Under the pieces are notes generated by a model. The model saw only the letters and a program-made list of their open reading frames with translations. It was not told the DNA's origin and did not search any database. Positions 27,080-39,997 of a stretch of DNA of 42,082 bases are shown piece after piece (position 1 is the first letter of the stretch; each line of letters opens with the position of its first letter). The stretch spans positions 1-42,082 of the forward strand of contig CAMAQX010000001.1 of NCBI GenBank assembly GCA_945860455.1, read 5' to 3'. Origin of the DNA: Lishizhenia tianjinensis. Its GTDB lineage: Bacteria > Bacteroidota > Bacteroidia > Flavobacteriales_D > Crocinitomicaceae. The translations under genes were made by a program, and so were the position numbers.

Positions 27080-28504
27080 ATGTTTATACAAAAAAAAGAC
27101 CTTTTTAGTTTCCGAAATCTTTTTGAATACCATTTTTCATTCAACCTAACGGAAGATCAGCAAAAGCTTCTAAATCAAATTGAAGTGTTTATTTCGAGCG
27201 ATTCAACTAAAAACATGCAACTAATTTCTGGCTATGCAGGCACCGGGAAAACAAGTTTTATGGGGAGCTTGATCAAAACATTGTCTCAATTAACCGTTAA
27301 AACAATGCTATTGGCACCAACGGGAAGAGCGGCAAAGGTACTTTCCAAATATTCTGGTAAAAATGCATTTACTATTCACCGTATTATCTATTCAACGTCA
27401 GATAAACTTGATGGCGGTTTTCAAATGTCGCTCTCAAAAAACGTTGCTAAAAACACCTTGTTTGTAATTGATGAAAGTTCTATGATTCCTGATTTCCCCA
27501 TTGATAACAAAGGAATTGTTGGCCGAAATTTATTGGAGGATTTAATTGAATATGTGTACAGCGGAGAAAACTGCAAATTGATTTTTATCGGGGATTCTGG
27601 TCAATTACCGCCTGTTGGCAGCTTGTATTCTCCTGCATTGGATAAAAACTACATGGCGCATCATTTCACTAATCTACAAGTTAATCACACACATTTAACT
27701 CAAGTGATGCGACAAACATTGGAGTCTGGAATTCTGTTTAACGCAAGTAAACTTCGTTCAAATGAATCCAATATTCAACTAATTTTGAAGGATTTCGGGG
27801 ACATTCAAAAAATAGATGGCCTAAGCTTACAAGAATTTTTAGAGAAGTCATACGATACTGTTGGAACTGAAGATTCTATTTTGATAACTCGTAGTAATAA
27901 ACGAGCGAATGAATTTAATCGACAAATTCGTTCACGTATTTTATGGCGGGATGAAACGTTACAATCAAACGACGATTTAATGATTGTTAAGAATAATTAT
28001 TATTGGGCACAAAAATTAAAGGTTGGTTTTCTTGCTAATGGTGAACTTATACGAGTAGCAAAACTAAAACGAAGAGAAACTCTTTATGGGGTAGAATTTT
28101 TACACGCAACTATTGATTTATTGGATCAAGAAGAATCAACAATGGATGTTATATTATTTGAAGAATCTCTTTTTTGTGAGGGGCCAAATCTAGATAGAGA
28201 ACGTATAAAAAGTTTATTTTTCGAAATTGAAAAAGACTACTTACACATTAAATCTAAAACTACTAGATATGCTGAAATAATGAAAAACCCTTATTTCAAT
28301 GCCTTACAAGTAAAATATGCCTACGCTGTGACATGTCATAAATCACAAGGCGGACAATGGAAGCACGTGTATATTGATTTTGGTTATATGACGCCTGAAA
28401 TGATTGATGAAGAGTATAAACGATGGTTATATACTGCATTAACTAGATCATCTGAAAAAGTTTTTCTTTTAAATTTTCCCGATTTTTTATTTCAATCGAT
28501 TTAA
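27080..28504 (+). CDS. RecD/Pif1-like SF1B DNA helicase
   Basis: 474 aa. Walker A 'SGYAGTGKTS', Walker B 'LFVIDESSM', 'FIGDSGQLPPV', 'VMRQ', C-terminal 'AYAVTCHKSQGGQW'. Confidence 0.85.
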   Translation: MFIQKKDLFSFRNLFEYHFSFNLTEDQQKLLNQIEVFISSDSTKNMQLISGYAGTGKTSFMGSLIKTLSQLTVKTMLLAPTGRAAKVLSKYSGKNAFTIHRIIYSTSDKLDGGFQMSLSKNVAKNTLFVIDESSMIPDFPIDNKGIVGRNLLEDLIEYVYSGENCKLIFIGDSGQLPPVGSLYSPALDKNYMAHHFTNLQVNHTHLTQVMRQTLESGILFNASKLRSNESNIQLILKDFGDIQKIDGLSLQEFLEKSYDTVGTEDSILITRSNKRANEFNRQIRSRILWRDETLQSNDDLMIVKNNYYWAQKLKVGFLANGELIRVAKLKRRETLYGVEFLHATIDLLDQEESTMDVILFEESLFCEGPNLDRERIKSLFFEIEKDYLHIKSKTTRYAEIMKNPYFNALQVKYAYAVTCHKSQGGQWKHVYIDFGYMTPEMIDEEYKRWLYTALTRSSEKVFLLNFPDFLFQSI

Positions 28505-29140
28505 ATTCCACTCATTATAAAACTCATTTAAGAACTTTTCCATAAATGAATGACGGTCAATCGCCCTGTTTTTTGCCGTAACGGTATGCATTCGATCCTT
28601 AAGAAGAAAGAGTTTTTCATAAAAGTGATTTACCGTGTGACTTACAGAGTTCTTATATTCATCCGCAGATTGATGCAGCACAGGGTTTAAATCAGGCACA
28701 TACAAAGGTCGATTTTTACTACCTCCAAATGCAAAAGCTCTAGCAATCCCAATGGCTCCAATGGCATCTAATCGATCAGCATCTTGAACAATCCTTGCTT
28801 CTAATTTGTCTGAAGAATCAGTAACCCTCGCTCCTTTATACGAAACTTGAGACACTACTTTTTCAACTTTTTCCGCAAGTTCCAAAGGGGCATTAAAATT
28901 CAAAAGAATTTCTTTAGTAAGTTGACTTCCTTTATTCCAATCCCCACCATTATATTTATGATCAGAAACATCATGAAGTAATGCCGCCAATTCAATCACT
29001 AATAAGTCACCACCTTCGGATTGTTGAATTAGTTTAGCTAGTTTCCAAACGCGTTCAATGTGGTACCAATCATGACTCCCTTCATTATCCTTGAATTTTT
29101 GATGGATAAATTGGGCAACTTTTTCAATTAAATCATTCAT
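28487..29140 (-). CDS. HD-domain metal-dependent phosphohydrolase (YedJ-like)
   Basis: 217 aa. Contains 'HDWYHIERV', 'AALLHDVSDHK' and 'QDADRLDAIGAIG', the H...HD...D pattern. Its 3' end overlaps the convergent helicase gene by 18 nt. Confidence 0.85.
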   Translation of the reverse strand: MNDLIEKVAQFIHQKFKDNEGSHDWYHIERVWKLAKLIQQSEGGDLLVIELAALLHDVSDHKYNGGDWNKGSQLTKEILLNFNAPLELAEKVEKVVSQVSYKGARVTDSSDKLEARIVQDADRLDAIGAIGIARAFAFGGSKNRPLYVPDLNPVLHQSADEYKNSVSHTVNHFYEKLFLLKDRMHTVTAKNRAIDRHSFMEKFLNEFYNEWNLNRLK

Positions 29141-32282
<3,142 letters not shown>

Positions 32283-32290
32283 AGTTATGA

Positions 32291-32731
32291 TTAATTTGAA
32301 TTTTTTTCCGCGTAAAAATAAAGTGAATGATGAAGGATTTTAACCCCAAAAACTTCTTCAATAGTTGCTTTTATTTGCTGTATTCTTGGGTCACAAAACT
32401 CCATTACCTCTCCGGTATCGGTACAAATAACATGATCGTGCTGTTTTGAACCATGTGATTTCTCAAAATGGGCAATATTTTTTCCAAACTGGTGCTTACG
32501 CACAAGATTACACGCAATCAACAATTCAATAGTATTATACAAAGTTGCACGAGAAACACGGTAATTGTGATTTTTCATATTAACATACAACGATTCAATG
32601 TCAAAATGACCTGTATGATTATAAATTTCAGTAAGTATTGCAAAGCGCTCGGGGGTTTTCCGATGACCATTCTGCTCTAGATAAGCAGAAAAAATGTTTC
32701 GAACATTGACTTGTAACTCTGCGATTGGCAT
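32291..32731 (-). CDS. fur: Fur-family transcriptional regulator
   Basis: 146 aa from ATG 32731 (MPIAELQ...); the track start at 32743 is TTG. Winged-helix '[14 protein letters not shown]' and metal site '[15 protein letters not shown]'. The second CxxC pair is absent. Confidence 0.85.
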   Translation of the reverse strand: MPIAELQVNVRNIFSAYLEQNGHRKTPERFAILTEIYNHTGHFDIESLYVNMKNHNYRVSRATLYNTIELLIACNLVRKHQFGKNIAHFEKSHGSKQHDHVICTDTGEVMEFCDPRIQQIKATIEEVFGVKILHHSLYFYAEKNSN

Positions 32732-32740
32732 ATTCAACAA

Positions 32741-32748
32741 CAAAAATA
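32741..32748 (-). promoter_or_regulatory. Candidate -7 box (TATTTTTG on minus strand) for the fur-STAS-purA operon
   Basis: The reverse complement of caaaaata matches TAnnTTTG and ends 9 nt upstream of the fur ATG. Confidence 0.3.
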
Positions 32749-32818
32749 ACTATTTAGTTGCGACTGAAACTTACACGATAAAAGAATCTATGAACATTTC
32801 ATCCACAATTTCATCCAA

Positions 32819-35083
32819 TTACTTTACTACTTCAATTTCATCAATAAATGTCCATGGAATATGTCCCGCACCAGGTAAACCATTGGGAATTGTAGTTATA
32901 GGTTTTATTTTCAGCAGAACATTTCTAGTAGGTTTATTTAATTCAATTTGAAAACTCCTCACTTGTTCAGATTGTAAGTAAGAAAATTGAACTGGTCTAG
33001 AACAATGCTTCCACTTTCCCTTACGCAAATAAAACACTTCAATTCTTTCTGGAAAATGAATCCACGAATGCTCATCACTCAAAAACGAAACGTTAAGTTG
33101 ATTATACTTCTGTTTTTTAAGGAGGTCAATTTCAATTTCAATTTCCGTTGTATCAAATCCTATCCATTCATTTCTTTTCCATGGAAGTGAACCATGCTGA
33201 CCATCCACGAGTGTTAGGTTTCCACTATTGTAACTCACGCTAGGCTGGGTAATGTAAATAATCGGCGCACCTAAAGAATTGGTTGACTGTATATTAAATT
33301 GAGTGGCTGAAGAATCATTTTTTGATCTCACGCAATAGGTATAGTTTATTTGGTCTTTTTCACTTCGATTGATTTCTATGCCTTCATCTTGTAAAACATT
33401 AAAATTCATTTTTGAAATCTTGTTATTTCTAATTTCTGAGGATTGAACTTCATAACTTTCTCCTTGGTGATTAGACTTAATGGTAAATTGAACTCCCTTT
33501 TTAGTTCTTTTCCATTCAATTTTTGGGGAAAAGATAGATTTAGCGTAATGAACATTCATTTTTTTCAAAAACGGTAAATGTTTATCTATCAATACATTTT
33601 TAAACTCGTCAAAACTTGGTTTTTCTACACACCAAAGCGCTTGACTCAGAGCCAGCGCTCTTGGGTAAACCATGTATTCAACCTTCTCAAAATCAGCAAT
33701 ATATTCTGTCCAAACATTGGCTTGACCACCAAGAATATATGGCTCATATTTTTTATTCAATTGATTTGGAATTGGATTAAATTCATATACCTTTTCTAAT
33801 GGTGTAAATCCTCCAATTGCTATGGGCTCATTACTCCCTTTGCCTTGATAATGGTCAAAGTAACAATGTGAACCCGGGGACATTACAACCTCATGCTCTT
33901 GGCTTGCTGCCTCCATCCCTCCTTCAAATCCACGCCAAGACATAACAGCTGCATTGGAAGAAAGTCCTCCTTCCAAAATTTCGTCCCAGCCAATGAGCTT
34001 TCGTCCTTTTTCTGTTAAATATTTATCCATTCGTTCAATAAAATAACTTTGTAATTGATGTTCATTTTTGAGGTGATTCTCGTTCATCACCTTTTGACAA
34101 CTAGTACATTTTTCCCATCGTGTTTTTGGAGCTTCATCTCCACCTATATGAATGTACTTACCTGGAAAAAGTAAGATGACCTCATCCAGAATTTTTTGTA
34201 GAAAGAGAATTGTTTCTTCTTTTGAGCAAAAGATATCATCAAATACACCCCACAATCCTTCTACTCCTTGCTGAATTCCTGTGCATGAATATTCGGGATA
34301 TGCGGTCAATGCAGCACGACTATGTCCAGGCATTTCAATTTCCGGAACAATTGCTACAAATTTTGAATTAGCATAAGCGACCACTTCCTTTATTTGTTCT
34401 TGCGTATAATACCCTCCGTATTTATGGAGCGTATACGTTCTTGGTTTAGTAGAATAATGATTGTTCATCGTACTGTCTCTCCATCCACCAATCTCAGTTA
34501 AATTCGGAAAACTTTTTATTTCAATTCTCCATCCTTGATCATCTGTTAAATGCCAATGAAAAGTATTAAATTTGTATACTGACATTAAATCAATATATTT
34601 TTTCACCTCATCCACAGTAAAAAAATGACGGGACACATCCAAGTGAAGTCCGCGCCAAGAAAATTTAGGATAATCTTTTACGAAACATTTTTTAAGTTGA
34701 AAACCTGTTGAGGTGTTCTCTATCAACTGCATCAAAGAAATAAACGCATAATAACAGGACGCATCACTTGAGAAGGAAATAACAATCTCATGCGAGACAT
34801 TTATTGAATAGGAATCTTGAATAACATTTTCCAGTTTTTTAAACGAAAGCTTTGGCCCACTGGTAAAATTTGAAAATTGAATACCGTGGTAAATCGTTGC
34901 TAAATGGGTGATTTGATCCTGCAAATTAGTTGACAAACCAATAAAATCTACCAAAAGGTCACCATCAAAATTAAGTGATTCATTGAGTTCTTTATATGCA
35001 ACAGGAGCTGGAATTATCGGAGAAACCTGAGCAATATTCAGATTTATAATTATTAGAAAAAAAAGAGATGAAATGCACTTCAT
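32819..35083 (-). CDS. Beta-N-acetylhexosaminidase, glycoside hydrolase family 20, with extra C-terminal beta-sandwich domains
   Basis: 754 aa with a signal peptide. GH20 blocks are 'RGLHLDVSRHF', 'FHWHLTDDQGWRIEI' and the catalytic pair in 'IHIGGDEAP'. The C-terminal ~230 aa are non-catalytic and look like a carbohydrate-binding or discoidin-like domain. Confidence 0.9.
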   Translation of the reverse strand: MKCISSLFFLIIINLNIAQVSPIIPAPVAYKELNESLNFDGDLLVDFIGLSTNLQDQITHLATIYHGIQFSNFTSGPKLSFKKLENVIQDSYSINVSHEIVISFSSDASCYYAFISLMQLIENTSTGFQLKKCFVKDYPKFSWRGLHLDVSRHFFTVDEVKKYIDLMSVYKFNTFHWHLTDDQGWRIEIKSFPNLTEIGGWRDSTMNNHYSTKPRTYTLHKYGGYYTQEQIKEVVAYANSKFVAIVPEIEMPGHSRAALTAYPEYSCTGIQQGVEGLWGVFDDIFCSKEETILFLQKILDEVILLFPGKYIHIGGDEAPKTRWEKCTSCQKVMNENHLKNEHQLQSYFIERMDKYLTEKGRKLIGWDEILEGGLSSNAAVMSWRGFEGGMEAASQEHEVVMSPGSHCYFDHYQGKGSNEPIAIGGFTPLEKVYEFNPIPNQLNKKYEPYILGGQANVWTEYIADFEKVEYMVYPRALALSQALWCVEKPSFDEFKNVLIDKHLPFLKKMNVHYAKSIFSPKIEWKRTKKGVQFTIKSNHQGESYEVQSSEIRNNKISKMNFNVLQDEGIEINRSEKDQINYTYCVRSKNDSSATQFNIQSTNSLGAPIIYITQPSVSYNSGNLTLVDGQHGSLPWKRNEWIGFDTTEIEIEIDLLKKQKYNQLNVSFLSDEHSWIHFPERIEVFYLRKGKWKHCSRPVQFSYLQSEQVRSFQIELNKPTRNVLLKIKPITTIPNGLPGAGHIPWTFIDEIEVVK

Positions 35084-35112
35084 TGACGGTACTAAATATA
35101 ATTTTTAAGAAC

Positions 35113-35140
35113 AAAAAAAGCCACCTTTATAAGGTGGCTT
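35113..35140 (-). terminator. Intrinsic terminator after the TonB-like gene (minus strand)
   Basis: Stem AAAGCCACCTT (35117-35127) / AAGGTGGCTTT (35131-35141) with a 3-nt loop. On the minus strand the hairpin is followed by the T-run complementary to A 35113-35119. Confidence 0.7.
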
Positions 35141-35158
35141 TACAAATATCATCTAACA

Positions 35159-35992
35159 TTAATTACTAATTTTAAAATTAAATGGAAGGCGGCATATTAC
35201 GCGTTTCGGCTCTCCACTGACTTCTCCAGGTGCCCATTTTGGCATTTTGTTTAGTACTCGTGTAGCTTCTTTCACAAATTCATCACACCCTGTTCTGTTC
35301 GTTTCAACTTGTATATTAGAGATACCTCCATCTTTTTCAACACAGAATTTCATAAATACACGTCCTTGAGCGTCCATATCCATACAAATTTCTGGGAATT
35401 TAACATTTTCTCCTAAAAACTTCTGTAATTCTTTTTCTCCACCTGGGAAAGTTGCTTCAACATCCGGAAATTCTACTGGGGCTTCTTGCTCAGGACAACC
35501 ATCATTGGATGCAGGGCCATATTCTTCAGGACATAAATCAACATCATTTAAAACGCCGTCTTTGTCAAGGTCATTATCCACTGGACAACCACCATTTGAA
35601 GCAGGACCAGGGATTTCAGGACATTTATCATCCATGTCACAAACACCATCCACATCAAAATCGGACTGACAACCGGATCCACCACCTTCAGTGGGTGTTT
35701 TGGTCTCATCAGTTGTTTTTATTTCACCATCTGTTGGAGCTGCAGAGGACGCAGGAGCAATTACTGATGAAGGCGGAGCAGGAGGGGGCGGAGGAGGCGG
35801 AGTGTTATTCGCTTCCTCTTCCTTTGAATCTTTTTTATCTGATTTAGCAATATCGCTTGATTTATCTTCGCCGGAAACTGTTTGGTACGAAAACGAAGCC
35901 AAAACAATTGTAGCGATGAATAAAAAACCAGCATAAATAAGAGGCATTCTTAACTTCTCTAAATCTGCTTCTGTACTTTTTTTACTTTCCAT
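35159..35992 (-). CDS. TonB-C-terminal-domain protein with Pro-rich spacer and thrombospondin type-3-like Ca-binding repeats
   Basis: 277 aa. It has an N-terminal TM anchor ([17 protein letters not shown]) and a '[10 protein letters not shown]' spacer. Two repeats, '[25 protein letters not shown]' and '[27 protein letters not shown]', fit the DxDxDGxxDxxDxCP pattern. The C-terminal '[22 protein letters not shown]...[18 protein letters not shown]...[13 protein letters not shown]' is a TonB_C fold signature. Confidence 0.7.
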   Translation of the reverse strand: MESKKSTEADLEKLRMPLIYAGFLFIATIVLASFSYQTVSGEDKSSDIAKSDKKDSKEEEANNTPPPPPPPAPPSSVIAPASSAAPTDGEIKTTDETKTPTEGGGSGCQSDFDVDGVCDMDDKCPEIPGPASNGGCPVDNDLDKDGVLNDVDLCPEEYGPASNDGCPEQEAPVEFPDVEATFPGGEKELQKFLGENVKFPEICMDMDAQGRVFMKFCVEKDGGISNIQVETNRTGCDEFVKEATRVLNKMPKWAPGEVSGEPKRVICRLPFNFKISN

Positions 35993-36084
35993 AATTTAAT
36001 TTTTTAAATCGTTTTGCAAATTACATTCCAAAATTAAAACTATCTTTTCAAAAATAGTTTATTCTAAGCAAAACTTCTAAACAT

Positions 36085-36462
36085 TTAACCAATTAAGCCT
36101 TCATATTCAACCGCTGAAAGCAATGAATCTACTTGACTATGATCCGTTAAACGAACTTTCACCATCCAACCGGCCTCATATGGGTCCGAATTCACCAATT
36201 CAGGATCAGATTCCAAGGCTTCATTCAATTCAAGAATTTCACCTGAAACAGGCATAAACAAATCAGAAACTGTTTTTACAGCTTCTACTGAACCAAAAAC
36301 TTCTTCTTGATTTAGTGTTTCACCAATTGTTTCAATTTCAACGTAAACGATATCACCTAATTCATGTTGTGCAAAATCAGTAATACCAACAACAGCTATA
36401 TCACCTTCAACACGCACCCACTCGTGGTCTTTCGTGTATTTCAAATTTTCTGGAATATTCAT
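36085..36462 (-). CDS. gcvH: Glycine cleavage system H protein
   Basis: 125 aa from the internal ATG 36462 ([16 protein letters not shown]...). The lipoyl-lysine motif is '[17 protein letters not shown]'. The 34-codon N-terminal extension in the track is AT-rich and not GcvH-like. Confidence 0.93.
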   Translation of the reverse strand: MNIPENLKYTKDHEWVRVEGDIAVVGITDFAQHELGDIVYVEIETIGETLNQEEVFGSVEAVKTVSDLFMPVSGEILELNEALESDPELVNSDPYEAGWMVKVRLTDHSQVDSLLSAVEYEGLIG

Positions 36463-36554
36463 CTCAATTATTTTTGACAAAATTAAAAGAAAAATTGAAA
36501 TATAAATCGCATTTTTATTTGAAGTTAAAAAATCAAATTGACTAACTTCGCCAA

Positions 36555-37640
36555 ATGATAACATCAGACCAACAAAAAGACCTTACAAATCGGATTCAAG
36601 CAATCTACAATTACCTTAAAATTGATGAAAAGGAAGTTGAGTTGCGTGAAAAAGATTTAAAGACGCAAGATCCAGGATTTTGGGATGATGCAAAAAAAGC
36701 AGAAGGACAAATGAAGGAAATCCGAAGCTTAAAATTTTGGATTGAAAGTTACAGAACATTAAAACAAGCATTGGATGATATTGAGGTCCTTGTTGAATTT
36801 CACAAAGAAGACCCTTCCTTAGATTCTGAGATTAACGAACAATATCATTTACTTTTAGATAAAGTTGAAGCAACTGAATTAAAAAACATGTTGTCCGGGG
36901 AAGAAGATCGATTGAGTGGTGTCTTGCAAATCACTTCAGGAGCAGGTGGTACTGAGAGTTGTGATTGGGCATCCATGTTAATGCGCATGTATATCATGTG
37001 GGGACAGAAAAATGGTTATAAAGTTTCTGAACTCAATTATCAAGAGGGAGATGTTGCTGGAATAAAAACGGTCACATTGGAATTTGAAGGCGATTTTGCT
37101 TTTGGCTACCTAAAAGGTGAAAATGGAGTTCATCGTTTAGTACGTATTTCCCCGTTTGATTCCAATGCTAAACGACACACATCCTTTGTTTCAGTTTATG
37201 TTTATCCGTTAGTGGATGATCAAATTGAGATAAATATCAATCCTGCAGACATTTCATTTGAAACATTTCGCTCGGGAGGTGCTGGTGGACAAAACGTAAA
37301 TAAGGTGGAAACTGCAGTTCGATTAAGACACGCCCCATCAGGAATCATTATTGAAAACTCAGAATCCCGTTCTCAGCTAGCAAATAAAGAAAAGGCAATG
37401 CAATTACTTCGTTCCCAATTATATGAACTAGTCCTTCGTGAACGCATGGAAAAAAGAAATGAAATTGAGGCAAATAAGAAAAAAATCGAATGGGGCTCAC
37501 AAATAAGAAATTACGTCATGCATCCATATAAGTTGGTGAAAGATGTAAGGACGGGACATGAATCGACCAACGTTGATGCTGTAATGGATGGGGAGTTAAA
37601 TGAATTTCTTAAATCTTATTTAATGACCTACGGCAGTTAA
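36555..37640 (+). CDS. prfB: Peptide chain release factor 2 (single uninterrupted ORF)
   Basis: 361 aa. RF2-specific 'SPF' (RISPFDS) and universal 'GGQ' (GAGGQNVNK) are present. The N-terminal '[11 protein letters not shown]' spans the position where many bacteria carry the CUU UGA C +1 frameshift site; here it reads CTT AAA. Confidence 0.93.
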   Translation: MITSDQQKDLTNRIQAIYNYLKIDEKEVELREKDLKTQDPGFWDDAKKAEGQMKEIRSLKFWIESYRTLKQALDDIEVLVEFHKEDPSLDSEINEQYHLLLDKVEATELKNMLSGEEDRLSGVLQITSGAGGTESCDWASMLMRMYIMWGQKNGYKVSELNYQEGDVAGIKTVTLEFEGDFAFGYLKGENGVHRLVRISPFDSNAKRHTSFVSVYVYPLVDDQIEININPADISFETFRSGGAGGQNVNKVETAVRLRHAPSGIIIENSESRSQLANKEKAMQLLRSQLYELVLRERMEKRNEIEANKKKIEWGSQIRNYVMHPYKLVKDVRTGHESTNVDAVMDGELNEFLKSYLMTYGS

Positions 37641-37675
37641 AATTAGTTTGTTTACCTTCGTTAAAAGTAATTTCT

Positions 37676-38815
37676 ATGCGCGTTTATTTAGATAATGCTG
37701 CCGGTACACCGATAGCTTCAGAAGTAATTGAAGCGATGACTTCAGTAATGAAAAATGATTTTGGTAATCCGTCTTCAACTCATTTTTATGGCCGACAAGT
37801 AAAAGCATTACTAGAAACATCCAGACGCTCCGTTGCTAAACACTTGAATTGTGCTTCTTCAGAGATAATATTTACTTCTGGAGGAACAGAAGCGGATAAC
37901 ATGGCCCTAGTTTCTTCTGTGAAAAATCTTGGAGTAAAACGAATTATCAGCACTACCATTGAGCATCACGCAGTTGGACACAGTGTCGAGTCACTCGAAA
38001 AAAGTCATTCTGTTCAATTTGATAAAGTAAAAATCGATGAAAAAGGAAATGTAGATTTAATGCATTTGGAAGAATTGTTAGCGCAAGATATCCCAACATT
38101 GGTTTCATTGATGCATGCAAATAATGAAATTGCCACTTTGTTGCCTTTAATTCCAGTTTCTAAACTATGTCGCAAATACGGCGCTTTTTTTCATTCGGAT
38201 ACTGTTCAAACAATGGGTCATTACTCTTTTGATTTACAAGAGATTGACATAGATTTCATTACCTGCGCGGCTCACAAGTTACATGGACCAAAAGGAATTG
38301 GCTTTTTGTACGTGAATAAAAAAATCAAAGTGGAATCAATTATCCATGGTGGCGCTCAGGAGCGTGGTTTGCGTGGAGGAACAGAAAATATATATGGAAT
38401 TGTTGGGCTATCAAAAGCAATGGATCTTGCCTATGAAGATGTCTTGGCTCATCACGCTCATGTTCAATCTTTAAAATCATATATGATTGACTCATTATTA
38501 TCCGCATTTCCAACAATTACTTTTCATGGGGAAACTGATCCTGAAAAATCATTATATACCGTTCTAAACGTTTGCTTTCCAAAAACAGACAAAGGAGGAA
38601 TGCTTCTTTTCACCCTAGATTTGAAAGGAGTGGCGGTTAGTGGCGGTAGTGCATGTTCATCAGGAGCAAACAAAGGATCACACGTTTTGGAAGGAATACA
38701 AGCAGATATGACCCGGCCAAATGCTCGATTCTCATTCTCAAGGTATACTACAAAAGAGGAAATAGATTATGCTTTAGAACAAGTAAAAAGTGTTTTTGAA
38801 ATTAATTTGCGGTAA
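37676..38815 (+). CDS. Cysteine desulfurase (NifS/IscS-like class V aminotransferase)
   Basis: 379 aa. Contains 'FTSGGTEADN', PLP-lysine 'AAHKLHGPKGIG' and the catalytic Cys loop 'SGGSACSSG'. Confidence 0.88.
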   Translation: MRVYLDNAAGTPIASEVIEAMTSVMKNDFGNPSSTHFYGRQVKALLETSRRSVAKHLNCASSEIIFTSGGTEADNMALVSSVKNLGVKRIISTTIEHHAVGHSVESLEKSHSVQFDKVKIDEKGNVDLMHLEELLAQDIPTLVSLMHANNEIATLLPLIPVSKLCRKYGAFFHSDTVQTMGHYSFDLQEIDIDFITCAAHKLHGPKGIGFLYVNKKIKVESIIHGGAQERGLRGGTENIYGIVGLSKAMDLAYEDVLAHHAHVQSLKSYMIDSLLSAFPTITFHGETDPEKSLYTVLNVCFPKTDKGGMLLFTLDLKGVAVSGGSACSSGANKGSHVLEGIQADMTRPNARFSFSRYTTKEEIDYALEQVKSVFEINLR

Positions 38816-38818
38816 CAC

Positions 38819-39997
38819 ATGGAGACAAATCGCTTGAAGATTTTATCTATCTGTTCATGGTATCCAAATGATTTTAATTCAACATTAGGGAATTTCGTTA
38901 AAAAACATGCTGAGGCTATTTCACGACATAATGATGTTGTCTGTCTTGCAGTTTTTTCTTCACTTGTTGATTCAGACATACGGCTTACTAAAGCTCAAGG
39001 AGAATCATTTTCCGAAATAGTTGTTTATTATCCAAAAACACAAACCAAATTTCGACTTTGGAACCTTATCAAAAATTATTTTACGCACCGAAAAGCCTAT
39101 ATAAAAGGATATAAAGCTGCTCAAACAATAATTGGTAAACCCGATCTGATTCATTTAAATATTACTTATCCACTAGGAATTTGGGCTTTATATTTAAAAT
39201 TGACTCAAAAAATCCCTTACGTTGTTACTGAAAATGCCACTGGATTGCATATCGGAACAGACCATTCTTATCCTAAAACGATTTTATTCTTGTGTAAGAT
39301 AATTCTTAAACGAGCATCGATTTTACTTCCTGTAAGTGCGGATTTGAAATCATATATGAAAAAATTAAGTCCAAAATCAAACTTTGCACTTATTTCAAAT
39401 GTTGTTGACGAAACAATTTTTCACTACCAGGAGAATTCATCAGTTAATCAAAAAAAATCATTTATTCATATTTCAACGTGTCTTGACGTTCACAAGAATA
39501 TCAGTGGAATGCTCAATACTATTAATCGAATTGCAAAATACCGTCAAGATTTCGACTTGAAAATTGTAAGTGATGGAGAGGTAGAATACGCCAAAGAACT
39601 CGTTCAAAAATTCGGACTAGATGGAATTGTGACATTTTACCCTACCATGTCAACCGAACAGATAGCAGATATGATTAGCCAAAGTTCTGCATTATTATTA
39701 TTTAGTAATTATGAGAATTTTCCTTGTGTAATTGCGGAAACATTAATGATGGGAAAACCAGTGATATCAACCAATGTGAATGGAATTCCAGAACATGTCC
39801 ATACGTTTAATGGTGTCTTAGTGTCTAAAGGAGATGAGCAAGAACTTGAGAAAGCAATTTGTATGTTTTTAGACGATGAAATTGTTTTTATTCCAAGGGA
39901 GATTCATGCTTATGCCTTCAATCATTTTAGTTATCATGAGGTAGGTAAACAATTCGATGATCAATACCGAGCCCTACTCAAATCAAAAAACAACTAA
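38819..39997 (+). CDS. Glycosyltransferase, GT4-like (GT-B fold)
   Basis: 392 aa. The C-terminal Rossmann half carries the EX7E motif 'YENFPCVIAETLMMGKPVIST'. It starts 3 nt after the desulfurase stop. Confidence 0.8.
   Translation: METNRLKILSICSWYPNDFNSTLGNFVKKHAEAISRHNDVVCLAVFSSLVDSDIRLTKAQGESFSEIVVYYPKTQTKFRLWNLIKNYFTHRKAYIKGYKAAQTIIGKPDLIHLNITYPLGIWALYLKLTQKIPYVVTENATGLHIGTDHSYPKTILFLCKIILKRASILLPVSADLKSYMKKLSPKSNFALISNVVDETIFHYQENSSVNQKKSFIHISTCLDVHKNISGMLNTINRIAKYRQDFDLKIVSDGEVEYAKELVQKFGLDGIVTFYPTMSTEQIADMISQSSALLLFSNYENFPCVIAETLMMGKPVISTNVNGIPEHVHTFNGVLVSKGDEQELEKAICMFLDDEIVFIPREIHAYAFNHFSYHEVGKQFDDQYRALLKSKNN

Noticed and set aside
27080-29140. RecD-like helicase plus HD-domain protein as a possible anti-phage defence pair
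   Set aside because: The genes are convergent, not co-oriented. The HD gene belongs to the fur-purA operon. Both families are common housekeeping genes in Bacteroidota, and no nuclease, methylase, TIR, Sir2 or other effector-like partner or mobile-element context is present.
35452-35936. Two plus-strand ORFs (131 and 81 aa) antisense to the TonB-like gene, one with a poly-Gly run
   Set aside because: They are mirror images of the Pro-rich and Asp-rich low-complexity coding sequence on the minus strand (poly-Pro read antisense gives poly-Gly). They show no other coding signal.
36463-36554. Glycine riboswitch upstream of gcvH
   Set aside because: The 92-nt divergent intergenic region is extremely AT-rich and lacks the conserved GGAGAG/CACCG-type cores and paired aptamer helices. 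It is also too short for a tandem glycine aptamer.
36463-36564. 34-codon N-terminal extension of gcvH that would overlap the prfB start
   Set aside because: The extension is AT-rich and hydrophobic junk. The GcvH homology begins at the internal Met ([16 protein letters not shown]), which gives the canonical ~125-aa protein and restores a divergent promoter region.
36555-36640. Expected programmed +1 frameshift site (CUU UGA C) in prfB
   Set aside because: The gene is one continuous ORF. The equivalent codons read TAC CTT AAA ATT. Absence of the autoregulatory frameshift is known in a substantial minority of bacteria, so it is not anomalous.
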